NCBI GenBank assembly: GCA_963775425.1
Contig: CAVZJB010000003.1
Span: 32,001 to 96,000, forward strand
Reading direction: 5' to 3'
Source: an uncultured delta proteobacterium
Lineage (GTDB): Bacteria; Myxococcota; UBA727; VGSZ01
Length of the DNA stretch: 64,000 nt
Shown here: positions 29,054 to 38,318 of the stretch, piece after piece
Layout of the letters: the number at the start of each line of letters is the position of its first letter
Numbering within the stretch: the stretch's first letter is position 1
Program-made: the position numbers and the translations under genes
Notes under the pieces: model-generated
Told to the model about the DNA's origin: nothing
The model's input: only the letters and a program-made list of their open reading frames with translations
Database searches by the model: none

Positions 29054-30808
29054 GTGGGCACTCCCCTGCACGCAGTCCTCGGCCTCGCGGCGCCCGTCGC
29101 GCTCGCCCTGGCGCTCGGCGGCTGCCCCGCCGCGCCCGATCGCGGCTGCAACTCCGACGAGGACTGCCCGCGCAGCGCCTTCTGCTCGCTCGGGGAGTGC
29201 GTGCCCCTCGACGCCGCCGAGGGTGAAGGCGAGGGCGAGGGCGAGGGCGAGGGCGAGGGCGAGGGCGAGGGCGAGGGTGAGGGCGAAGGCGAAGGCGAAG
29301 GCGAAGGAGAGGGAGAGGGAGAGCCCTTCTGCGGCGACGGCACCGTCAATCCCGGCGAGCAGTGCGACGATCAAAACGGTGTGAGCGGCGACGGCTGCGA
29401 GCCCGACTGCACGTCTTCCTGCTACGAGGGCGCCGACGTCGACCGCGAGATCGCGGAGGCCGGCGGCGCCTGCGAGGTGGTGATCTCCCGGCGCCTGGCG
29501 TGGCTCGGCGCGCTCGCGGACTGCCGCGTCCGCGGCGGAAACCTCGCCACCGTGGACGACGACGCGGAGGGCGCGGCGCTCGCGACGTCGGCGGCCGCGG
29601 CCACCGGCGGCGAGGTGTGGATCGGCGTCAACGACCTCGTCGACGAGGGCGCGTTCGTGTGGAGCGACGGCGCGCCGCTCGGCTTCAACCGCTTCGGGCC
29701 CGGCCAGCCCGACGACTTCGACGGCGACGAGGACTGCGGCCAGCTCGGCGCGGAAGCCTCGTGGAACGACGCGACGTGCTCGCTCGAATTTCCGTTCGTC
29801 TGCGAGATCCGCCCCGTCGACACCTGCGGCGACGGCGTCGTCGACGACGGCGAGGGCTGCGACGACGGCAACCGCACCGACGGCGACGGCTGCGACGCGT
29901 CCTGTGCGCGCGAGGCCGGCTTCACTTGCGTCGGCCCCGTCTGCCGCCCCGACGGCGACGTCGTCCACGTCCCCGGCGGCGCCGACACCATCGACGATGC
30001 CGTCGTCGCGCGCCCGGGCGGCGCCATGATCATCCTCGGCGACGGCGTCACCGTGGCCGCGCCCAGCACCGATCTGCAGGCGAGCTTCGCCGTGGTGTCC
30101 GCCGGCGGGGCGGCGGTGGCGGCGAACGGGAAGGTCGCCTTCCACCAGCGGCAGGGGACGCTGACCCTCTTCAACGTCGTCGTCACCACGGACAGCGCGG
30201 ACTGCATCGCCCTGGACAACTCCGGCGGCCTCGAGGTCGTGGGCGCCTCCGTCGGGCCGTGCGGGAACTTCGCGCTGCGGTCGCACAGCACCGGGGCCGT
30301 CACGCTGCGGCGCTCGCGCTTCCACGACAGCGCCTCGGGCGGCATCCGGCTCGAGAGCAGCGTCGGCGTGGTCGACATCGAAGACGTCGTCGTCGACCAC
30401 AACGGCCTCGGCGGGTCGCCCCAGCCGGGCGTCGAATTCAAGGCGAGCCCGCCCGAGGGCTCCGTGTTCGCGCACAACACCGTCGCCGGCAACGCGTCCA
30501 CCGGCCCCGCGGCCGGCATCGACTGCAACGCGCCCGTGCGCGTCCTCGACACCATCGTGTTCGGCAACGAAGGCACCCCCGCCACCGCGCCCTGCGACTT
30601 CGTCGAGTCCGACGTAGAAGGCGGCGCGCTCGGCTTCGGCAACATCGACGCCGACCCGCTCTTCGTCGACGCCGCCGCCGGCGACTTCCACATCGGCGCG
30701 GGCTCGCCGTGCGTGGACGCCGCGCTCTTGTCGAACGAGGTGCGCGACGTCGACGGCGAGGCCCGCGGCGGCGTGCGTGACATCGGCGCCGACGAGCTCA
30801 GCCCTTGA
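29054..30808 (+). CDS. Lipoprotein: (GE)n linker, myxobacterial Cys-rich repeats, C-type lectin domain, right-handed beta-helix
   Basis: LGGC lipobox; CGDG..GEQCDD repeats; WIG...QPD...EDC...WND; DPLFVD...GSPCVD...DIGADE. Confidence 0.85.
   Translation: MGTPLHAVLGLAAPVALALALGGCPAAPDRGCNSDEDCPRSAFCSLGECVPLDAAEGEGEGEGEGEGEGEGEGEGEGEGEGEGEGEGEGEPFCGDGTVNPGEQCDDQNGVSGDGCEPDCTSSCYEGADVDREIAEAGGACEVVISRRLAWLGALADCRVRGGNLATVDDDAEGAALATSAAAATGGEVWIGVNDLVDEGAFVWSDGAPLGFNRFGPGQPDDFDGDEDCGQLGAEASWNDATCSLEFPFVCEIRPVDTCGDGVVDDGEGCDDGNRTDGDGCDASCAREAGFTCVGPVCRPDGDVVHVPGGADTIDDAVVARPGGAMIILGDGVTVAAPSTDLQASFAVVSAGGAAVAANGKVAFHQRQGTLTLFNVVVTTDSADCIALDNSGGLEVVGASVGPCGNFALRSHSTGAVTLRRSRFHDSASGGIRLESSVGVVDIEDVVVDHNGLGGSPQPGVEFKASPPEGSVFAHNTVAGNASTGPAAGIDCNAPVRVLDTIVFGNEGTPATAPCDFVESDVEGGALGFGNIDADPLFVDAAAGDFHIGAGSPCVDAALLSNEVRDVDGEARGGVRDIGADELSP
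29219..29323 (+). repeat. (EG)17 coding repeat
   Basis: Hexamer array with synonymous codon blocks. Confidence 0.9.
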
Positions 30809-31676
30809 CGCTGCCCGCCGTGAGCCCCTCGACGAGGTGGCGCTGCAGGAAGAAGAACAACGCCATCACCGGTGTGCTGACGATGACGGCGCCGGCGGCG
30901 AAGTGTCCCCAGGCCGTGCTCTTTTGTCCCACGTAGCTCTGCAGCACCACCGGCAGCGTGTAGCTGGCGTCGGCGTTCATGAGCTTGGCGGCGAGGATGA
31001 ACTCGTTCCACGCCGTCATGAAGGAGAAGAGCGCGGTGATGGCGATGGCCGGGCGCGCGAGCGGCAGGATGATGGACAGGAAGATGCGCAGCGTTGACGC
31101 GCCGTCCATGCGCGCGGCCTCTTCGAGCTCCAGCGGGATGGTGTCGAAGTAGCCCTTCAACAGCCACGTCGAAAACGGGATGGAGGTGGTGGCGTACACG
31201 AGGATGAGGCCGAGCTGCGTGTCGAGGAGCGAGAGCTTGTCGAGGAGGATGTACAGCGGGATCATCATCATGGTCCCGGGGAACATCTGCGTGGCCAACA
31301 GCGCGCCCAGACCGAGCCGGCGCCCGGGGAACACGAAGCGCGACAGCGCGTAGGCGGCGCTGGTGGCGAGCAGCACGCCCATCACCGCGGACGCCGACGA
31401 CACCACCAGCGAGTTGTAGAGCTGGCGGCCGAACAACCAGTGACCGGCGAGGTCGTGGTGGCCGACGACGTCGACGAAGTTCTGCAGCGAGGGGTTCTTG
31501 GGCAGCGGCACCAGGCCGGTGGCGAACGCCTGCGACGGCGTGAGCGCCATGCTCACCACCCACATCACCGGGTAGAGCACCACCACCGTGACGACGACGA
31601 GCAGCGCGTGGCTCATCAGGCCCGTCACCGTGGACGAGCGCGCGCCGGCGAAGCCGGTCTCGTCGCGCGCGCTCAT
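30798..31676 (-). CDS. malG: Maltose/maltodextrin ABC transporter permease
   Basis: EAA loop ELEEAARMDGA, TQMFP, KGYFDTIP, EGLTAGSVKG. Confidence 0.9.
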   Translation of the reverse strand: MSARDETGFAGARSSTVTGLMSHALLVVVTVVVLYPVMWVVSMALTPSQAFATGLVPLPKNPSLQNFVDVVGHHDLAGHWLFGRQLYNSLVVSSASAVMGVLLATSAAYALSRFVFPGRRLGLGALLATQMFPGTMMMIPLYILLDKLSLLDTQLGLILVYATTSIPFSTWLLKGYFDTIPLELEEAARMDGASTLRIFLSIILPLARPAIAITALFSFMTAWNEFILAAKLMNADASYTLPVVLQSYVGQKSTAWGHFAAGAVIVSTPVMALFFFLQRHLVEGLTAGSVKG

Positions 31677-33877
31677 CGCGCCTCCGCCACGCGGCGCGCC
31701 ACGCGGTTGGCCGCGGTGGTGTAGGCGACGAGCAGGAGGAACACGAGCGTGGAGTAGGCGGCGGCGTAGCCGAAGGCGCCGCCCTGGCCGCGCTCGAAGG
31801 CCCAGCGGAACGCCTCGGTGATGAGGATGTCGGTGGTGTTGTTGGGGGCGCCGCCGGACACCAGGTAGATGACGTTGAACATGTTGAACGTCCACACGGT
31901 GCCGAGGACGATGGCGGGCGCGAGCGTGGGCATCAGGAGCGGCAGCGTGATGGAGAAGAAGCGTCGTACGGGTCCGGCGCCGTCGAGGGCGGCGGCCTCG
32001 TAGAGGTCCTTGGGGATGGCCGTGAGCCCGCCGAGCGCGATGACCATCATGAAGGGGAAGCCGAGCCACACGTTGGTGACGAGGTTGGCGAGGAAGGCGC
32101 TCCAGGTGGCGTTCATCCAACTGAAGCCCTGGATGTGCAGCAGACGGTTGATGGCGCCGAACTCGGGGTGGAACATGCCCTTCCAGATGAGCGCCGTGAT
32201 GTAGTTGGGCACGGCCCACGGGATGATGAACAGCACCCGGTAGAGCGCGCGGAAGCGCAGCTTGGCCTGGCTCAACACCAGCGCGAGGAACACGCCGATG
32301 ACGAGGTGCAACACCACGTTGGACACGGTCCACAGGACGGTCATGCCCAGCGTGAAGAAGAAGCGGCCGTCGCCGCCGGCGAGGATCTCGCGGAAGTTCT
32401 CGAGGCCGACGAAGGTGTACTTGCCCCACGAGTGATGGAAGAAGCCCATGCCCACCCCGAGGCCGAAGGGCACGAACACGAGGAGGGCCATGCCGACGGC
32501 GGCGGGCGCGGTGTAGCCGTAGGCGATGCGCGCCCCCCAGACGTGGCGCACGAGCTTGACCGGGCCGTAGCGGAACACGCCGACGCCGACGACCAGCGCG
32601 AGCAGCCCGAGGACGAGGCCGACGAAGACGGCGAAGCTGCTGCGGCTGCCCTCCTTCACGCCGCCCTGGATGGTGGCGACGAGGCCCTTCACGGTCTTTT
32701 GCGCCTCGGCGAGCGTCTTTGCGGGATCGGTGCCCTGGCCGATGGAGGAGCCCAGCGCGAGGTCGAACTGGCTCCACACGCTCTTCATCTCGGGCGTGTT
32801 GGGCGTGGGCACCGAGTGCGGGAGCTGCGCGAGGAAGCCCCGCAACAGCGGCGCGTGGGGATCGTCGTCGCGGAGGGCCTTCCACGCGCTCTTCTTCGCC
32901 ACCGGCTGGAGCCCCTCGAGCAGGCGCGTGGTGGCGGACGGGTCGGACGCGAGGGCGCGCACGAGCTCCACGGCGAGCGCGCGCTCCTTTGTACGGCCCG
33001 AGATGAACGCGCCCTCGACGGAGAGGAACGGGCGCATGGGCCCCGCGTGCGGCGCCTCGGCATCGTCGACGACGGGGAGCGCGCTCACCGCGAGCGGGAT
33101 CTTGGGATCGACGTCGCCGAGGCTCCAGGGACCGGCTTCGAAGAACGCGGCCTTGGCGTCGTTGAACAGCGAGGTGGCGAGGGCGCCGTTCACCTCCTGC
33201 GGCATCACCCCGCCGTCGCGACCGAGCTTCATGGCCCAACGAACGCTGGCGATGTTGGCGGGGTCGTCGAGGACGGGGGCGCCGGCGTCGTCGAAGATGC
33301 GCCCGCCGAAGCCGAACAGGATGGGCGCGTGGAAGTAGAGCAGCCGGTTTTCGTAGACGAGGCCGTAGACGCCGTCGTGGGTGGCGGCCTTGGCCATCCG
33401 CACCAGCTCGCTCGTGGTGCGCGGCGCGTCCGGCGCGAGCTGCGTGTTGCGAAAGAGCGCGAGCGACTTGAACGCGAGCGGGAACGACCACGCGTGGCCC
33501 TTGTAGAGCACGGCGGGCACCAGGCCGTCCTGCAGTTGCGCCACCGACGCGGGATCGAGGAGGTCGTCGACGGGCTGGATGACCTTGGCCTCCGCCCAGT
33601 CGCCGATGGTGTCGTGGGCGGCGATGAAGACGTCGGGTCCGCGGCCGCGCGGGATGGCCGCGGTGATCTTGTCGAGGTAGGCGTCGTAGGGGACCGCGCT
33701 GACGGTGACCTTGAAGCGCGTCTCCGTCTTGTTCAGGTCGACGATGATCTTCTCGAGCGCCTCCTGCTCCTTGCCGCGGTAGGAGTGCCAGAGCACCAGC
33801 TCGGGCCGCGCGTCTTCGGCGTCGTCGCCGGCCACGGCACCGAGGGCAAGGGAGAGCGCGAGCGCCGCGTGAATCAC
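31673..33877 (-). CDS. malF: Fused MalE-like solute-binding protein + MalF-like permease
   Basis: Signal peptide, [12 protein letters not shown]...[10 protein letters not shown] (MalE-like) then TM domain with PWAVP and YEAAALDGA. Confidence 0.88.
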   Translation of the reverse strand: MIHAALALSLALGAVAGDDAEDARPELVLWHSYRGKEQEALEKIIVDLNKTETRFKVTVSAVPYDAYLDKITAAIPRGRGPDVFIAAHDTIGDWAEAKVIQPVDDLLDPASVAQLQDGLVPAVLYKGHAWSFPLAFKSLALFRNTQLAPDAPRTTSELVRMAKAATHDGVYGLVYENRLLYFHAPILFGFGGRIFDDAGAPVLDDPANIASVRWAMKLGRDGGVMPQEVNGALATSLFNDAKAAFFEAGPWSLGDVDPKIPLAVSALPVVDDAEAPHAGPMRPFLSVEGAFISGRTKERALAVELVRALASDPSATTRLLEGLQPVAKKSAWKALRDDDPHAPLLRGFLAQLPHSVPTPNTPEMKSVWSQFDLALGSSIGQGTDPAKTLAEAQKTVKGLVATIQGGVKEGSRSSFAVFVGLVLGLLALVVGVGVFRYGPVKLVRHVWGARIAYGYTAPAAVGMALLVFVPFGLGVGMGFFHHSWGKYTFVGLENFREILAGGDGRFFFTLGMTVLWTVSNVVLHLVIGVFLALVLSQAKLRFRALYRVLFIIPWAVPNYITALIWKGMFHPEFGAINRLLHIQGFSWMNATWSAFLANLVTNVWLGFPFMMVIALGGLTAIPKDLYEAAALDGAGPVRRFFSITLPLLMPTLAPAIVLGTVWTFNMFNVIYLVSGGAPNNTTDILITEAFRWAFERGQGGAFGYAAAYSTLVFLLLVAYTTAANRVARRVAEAR

Positions 33878-34924
33878 GCTTCAATCCGCGCGCCGGCGGC
33901 GTCGAAGAACGAGAGCTTGCCGCGCGGCACGTGCAGAGCGACCCGCGCGCCCGGGCGCACCCCGGCGTCGTCGTCGACGAGCGCGCCGAAGCGGGCGTCG
34001 CCGAGCTTGCCGAAGGCGAAGCTCTCCTGGCCGAGGCGCTCGACGAGGTCGACCTCGATCTCGCCGAGCGTCACGACCCCGTCGTGCCCGTCGCCGGCGC
34101 CGGCCGGGACCGCGCGCACGTCGTGCGGTCGCGCTCCCAGCGCCGCCGCCGCCGCCGGCGGGTGCACCGCGTCCTTGAGCGCGCCGGGGGTGACGTCGAT
34201 GATGCCCATGGTGGGCGTGCCGAGGAAGGTGGCCACGAAGCGGTTGGCGGGCTTCTTGTAGAGCTCGAGGGGCGGCCCCACCTGCTGCACGACGCCCTCG
34301 TTCAAGACCACGATGCGGTCTGCGAGGGTCATGGCCTCGACCTGATCGTGGGTGACGTACACCATGGTGGTCTTGAAGCGGCGCTGGAGCGCGGCGATGT
34401 CGGCGCGGACCTCCATGCGCAGCTTGGCGTCGAGGTTGGACAGCGGCTCGTCGAAGAGGAAGGCCTTGGGCCGGCGCACGATGGCGCGGGCCATGGCCAC
34501 GCGCTGGCGCTGGCCGCCGGAGAGCGCCTTGGGCTTTCTGTCGAGGAGGCCCTCGAGGCCGAGCATGGACGCCGCCTCCTTGATGCGCTCCGCGATCTCC
34601 GACGACGCCATGTGGCGCACGCGCAGGCCGAAGGCGATGTTGTCGCGCACGCTCATGTGCGGGTAGAGCGCGTAGCTCTGGAACACCATGGCGAGGTCGC
34701 GGTCGCCGGGGGGCACATCGTTGCTCCGCACACCGTCGATGATCAGGTCGCCCCCGCTGATGGTCTCGAGGCCCGCGATCATGCGGAGCGTGGTGGACTT
34801 GCCGCAGCCGGAGGGGCCCACGAGGACAACGAACTCGCCGTCGGCGATCTCGAGGTCGACGCGCTTGACCACCACCACGTCGCCGTAGCGCTTCTCGAGA
34901 CCCGAAAGCGGAGATCGCCGCCAT
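33874..34924 (-). CDS. malK: Sugar ABC ATPase, +1 frameshift at about 34910
   Basis: [27 protein letters not shown]; deleting one base restores [20 protein letters not shown]. Confidence 0.88.
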
Positions 34925-34970
34925 GCGCCTGTATTGCGACGACGACGGATTGGGTCAAGGGTGTGCTCCG

Positions 34971-35894
34971 ATGAAGAAGGCGGCGCCGCGCGTCATCGAG
35001 ACCGACGAGGCCATCGTCATCGGGGCCCGCCGGGTCCCGCTGTTCCGGGACCTCTACCACGTGTTCCTGCGGGCGAGCTGGGCGCAGGCCCTCGGGGGCA
35101 TCGTGGTGGCGTTCCTCGCCATCAACGTCGTCTACGGCGGCTTGTACATGCTCACCGACGGCATCGCCCACGCGAGGAAGGGCTCCTTCTTCGACGCCTT
35201 CGCCTTCTCCGTGGAGACCCTCGCCACCATCGGGTACGGGGCCATGGCGCCGCAGTCGGTGGCGGCCCACCTCCTCGTCGTGAGCGAGGCGGTGGTCGGG
35301 CTCCTGGCCACCGCGGTGTCCACCGGCCTCGTCTTCGCCAAGTTCACGTTGTCACCGGCGCTGGTGGTGTTTTCCTCCAAGGTGACAATCTCGCCCATGA
35401 ACGGCGTCCCGACGCTGAGCTTTCGCCTCGGAAACGAGCGCGGGGACCTGATCGTGGAGGCCATGGTGCGCGTGGCGATGATCCGCACCGAGGTCACCGC
35501 CGAGGGCGTGCTGTGGTACCGCATGATCGACCTCCCGCTCGCGCGCGATCGCTCGCCGGCCATGACGCGCTCGTGGAACGTGCTGCACCACCTCGACGAG
35601 CGCTCGCCGCTGTTCGGCGCGACGCCGGATTCCCTGAAGAAGGACGAGGTGGAGCTCATCGTCTCGCTGGTCGGCGTGGACGAGACGTCGATGCAGCCGG
35701 TGCACGCGCGCAAGCGGTACACGGACGACGCCATCGTCTTCGGCGCGCGCCACGCGGACATGGTCTCCGTCGCCGCCGACGGCGAGCGCCTCGTCGTCGA
35801 CGTCACCCGCTTCCACGACGTGGTGCCGACCAATCCGACGGACGCGTTCCCCTACTCGCATGCGCCGGCGTTGCCGCAGAGCGTCGACGCGTAA
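34971..35894 (+). CDS. KirBac inward-rectifier K+ channel
   Basis: [16 protein letters not shown] filter, [20 protein letters not shown]. Confidence 0.92.
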   Translation: MKKAAPRVIETDEAIVIGARRVPLFRDLYHVFLRASWAQALGGIVVAFLAINVVYGGLYMLTDGIAHARKGSFFDAFAFSVETLATIGYGAMAPQSVAAHLLVVSEAVVGLLATAVSTGLVFAKFTLSPALVVFSSKVTISPMNGVPTLSFRLGNERGDLIVEAMVRVAMIRTEVTAEGVLWYRMIDLPLARDRSPAMTRSWNVLHHLDERSPLFGATPDSLKKDEVELIVSLVGVDETSMQPVHARKRYTDDAIVFGARHADMVSVAADGERLVVDVTRFHDVVPTNPTDAFPYSHAPALPQSVDA

Positions 35895-35985
35895 CGTGAA
35901 TCAACCGTCATCGTTGATCGCAGAATTCATGATGACGCTCAGATCGGATCGAGATAGAGGACGGCTCTGTTCCGGGGGAGCGCGG

Positions 35986-36240
35986 ATGACCTCTCTGCCG
36001 CCGACGCAAGACATCGACACGCTCCCCGACGGCGCCGCCGTCATCACGGACGAGGTCGACATCGACATCTCCGCCTCGGACGAGGCCTCGGGCTCGTATC
36101 CGTCGCGCCGCCCGTTCGATGAAGAGCCCACCCGCAAGGCGCACGCGCCCAAGCCCCCGCGCAAGTCCGACGACGAGAGGACCGACGTCGTCGACGTCTC
36201 GAGCTGGGGCCCGTTCCGCGGCCGCGACGACGAGAACTAA
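35986..36240 (+). CDS. Small acidic hypothetical protein
   Basis: GGGGAG RBS before ATG 35986; GC3-biased codons. Confidence 0.5.
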   Translation: MTSLPPTQDIDTLPDGAAVITDEVDIDISASDEASGSYPSRRPFDEEPTRKAHAPKPPRKSDDERTDVVDVSSWGPFRGRDDEN

Positions 36241-38318
36241 CGGCGGGGCTGACAGAGGCACGACGACGTGGGCTTGATGTCCGCGTCCTTCCACACGGCG
36301 TCGAAGCGCGCGCGCACGGGCTTGGCTTCGCCGCTCCTGCCTTGCGCCTCGAGCGCCTGGGCGAGCCCGAGGAGCGCCCAGCCGTTTTCGGGCACGCGCC
36401 GGAGGTCCTCGCGATAGACGGCCTCGGCCTCCTTGTCGCGGCGCATGTTCATGAGCACCGCGCCGAGCGCGTGCCGCGCGGGCTGGAGCCAGTCCGGCGG
36501 CTCGTCGTAGCGAAGCGCGTCCTCGGCGGCGACGGCCTCGCGCAGCGCGGCGATCCCGTCGTTCGTCTTTCCGGCGGCGACGGCGACCTCGCCCGCGGCG
36601 AGCGCCCGGGCGACGGCGAGGAGCGCGCGCCCGTCGTTGTTGCCGAAGCGCGCGTCGGCGGGCAGGGCGGCGACGGCGTCGTCGAGGGCGGCCAGCGCCT
36701 GCCGCGCGCGGGCGACGTCGTGCTTGGCCGCCCAGGCGACGGCGCGCGCCCCCAGGCGCATGGCGCGCGCGATGGGGAGCGCGGGGCCGAAGTCGGGCGC
36801 GGCGAGGATGTCGTCCCACAGGCCGAAGCGCATCTTCACCTCGAGGGGCAGGGCGACGATGCCGTCGGCGACGGCGGCGTTTTCGCGCAGCCAGTCCTCG
36901 GGGATGTCCTTGACCATGCGATCGATGGCCTGCAGCGCGAGCTGCTTTTGCCCCGTCATCATCGCGGCGTACGCGAGCATGTGCTCGTTGTGCGCGACGT
37001 AGAACAGATAGAAGCCTTGGCGCGGCACCCGCGCGAGGTACGCGGCGTCGGCGGCGAGCGCGGCTTGGCTCGACTTCACGGCGTCGGCGAAGCGGCCGAG
37101 GCGCACGTCGAGGTGCGAGGGCATGTGGACGAGGTGGGCGAGCGCCGGCGCCATGGTGCGCAGCCGCTCGGCGCTCATGGCGGCGTGGGCGGGCGTGCTC
37201 GACGCTTCCCACAGGTGGATGGCGAGGTGGTTGGCGAGCGGCTGTAGCGGCGACCTCTTCAGCACGTCGCCGATGACGGCGGCGATGTCCTCGGTCCCCG
37301 GCTGCGGCTCTCCGTCGGGTGTCCACTGGTCCCACGGGCGTACGTCCATCATCGCTTCGGCCGCGAGCGCGCCGAGGTCGACGTCGTCGGGGTGCTCCTT
37401 CCACAGGGCGCGAAGCGCCTGCGCGTGCGCCGTGGTGAGCGCGAGCGGCGGCGCGTCCTGCGTGGGCGGCTGGAAGCGCGCGGCGAGCGAGGCGGCGAGG
37501 CCGTGCTCCACGGACCGCGGGCCGGCGCCGGGGCTCCCCCGCCCGATGAGGGTGAGGGCGCGCTCGGCGGCGGCGAGGCCGGCCGATCGGTGCGGCTCGT
37601 CGAGGTCGGGGTTGTTGATGTGCGGGCCGTTACTGACGGCGATGAAGACGAAGCACATCGCGCAGCGCGGATCGAAGGCCGCGGCCTGCTCGAAGGAGCG
37701 GATGGCCTCGTCGTGGTTGAAGCCGTACAAGAAGCGCAGGCCTTGATCGAAGTACCGCTGCGCGTCCGCCGACGTCGTTTCGATCTTCCGCGTCCACGTC
37801 CCGGTCCCGGCAAACAGCGGCTCCTTCACCTCCACCCGCGGCGCCGGCTTCGAAGGGGGCGGCGCCGGCGCCCGCTTACACCCGAGCACGAGCGCCACCG
37901 CGCAGACGGCGGCGACGCGCGCCACGCGGCCGGCGACGCCGGCGTTTTGCCCGGCGACGCGCGCCAGGCCGGCGCTGTGCCCGGCGCCGCGCGCCACGCC
38001 CGCGCCGCCCCGCGCATCGCCCGCGCCGCCCCGCGCATCGCCCGCGCCGCCCCGCGCATCGCCCGCGCCGCCCCGCGCATCGCCCGCGCCGCCCCGCGCA
38101 TCGCCCGCGCCGCCCCGCGCATCGCCCGCGCCGCCCCGCGCATCGCCCGCGCCGCCCCGCGCATCGCCCGCGCCGCCCCGCGCATCGCCCGCGCCGCCCC
38201 GCGCATCGCCCGCGTCGCCCCGCGCATCGCCCGCGCCGCCCCGCGCATCGCCCGCGCCGCCCCGCGCATCGTAGGGCGGGGGCTTGCCCCCCGCGTCGGA
38301 GCGTCCCCCGCGGGGCAT
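36237..38318 (-). CDS. Tetratricopeptide-repeat lipoprotein; N-terminus carries REP-like element and VNTR (alternative start GTG 37925)
   Basis: AQRYFDQGL..YGFNHDEAIRSF, HLVHMPSH, YDEPPDW, NGWALLGL; VLGC lipobox; ATG overlaps upstream TGA. Confidence 0.82.
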   Translation of the reverse strand: MPRGGRSDAGGKPPPYDARGGAGDARGGAGDARGDAGDARGGAGDARGGAGDARGGAGDARGGAGDARGGAGDARGGAGDARGGAGDARGGAGDARGGAGDARGGAGVARGAGHSAGLARVAGQNAGVAGRVARVAAVCAVALVLGCKRAPAPPPSKPAPRVEVKEPLFAGTGTWTRKIETTSADAQRYFDQGLRFLYGFNHDEAIRSFEQAAAFDPRCAMCFVFIAVSNGPHINNPDLDEPHRSAGLAAAERALTLIGRGSPGAGPRSVEHGLAASLAARFQPPTQDAPPLALTTAHAQALRALWKEHPDDVDLGALAAEAMMDVRPWDQWTPDGEPQPGTEDIAAVIGDVLKRSPLQPLANHLAIHLWEASSTPAHAAMSAERLRTMAPALAHLVHMPSHLDVRLGRFADAVKSSQAALAADAAYLARVPRQGFYLFYVAHNEHMLAYAAMMTGQKQLALQAIDRMVKDIPEDWLRENAAVADGIVALPLEVKMRFGLWDDILAAPDFGPALPIARAMRLGARAVAWAAKHDVARARQALAALDDAVAALPADARFGNNDGRALLAVARALAAGEVAVAAGKTNDGIAALREAVAAEDALRYDEPPDWLQPARHALGAVLMNMRRDKEAEAVYREDLRRVPENGWALLGLAQALEAQGRSGEAKPVRARFDAVWKDADIKPTSSCLCQPRR
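37997..38270. repeat. 21-bp tandem repeat, 13 copies (GGAGDAR)
   Basis: GCCCGCGCCGCCCCGCGCATC units, one internal substitution. Confidence 0.95.
38271..38300 (+). repeat. GTAG-type REP-like palindrome, copy A
   Basis: GTAGGGCGGGGGCTTGCCCCCCGCGTCGGA; 28/30 identical to 57822-57851. Confidence 0.75.

Noticed and set aside
30798-33884. 1028-aa ORF
   Set aside because: Only the last 292 aa (malG) are real; the rest is off-frame over malE-malF
35900-35918. ATCAAC-N7-GTTGAT as FNR site
   Set aside because: Half-site order and spacing do not match TTGAT-N4-ATCAA; too short to call
37997-38270. 21-bp array as CRISPR
   Set aside because: Head-to-tail repeats without unique spacers; no cas genes
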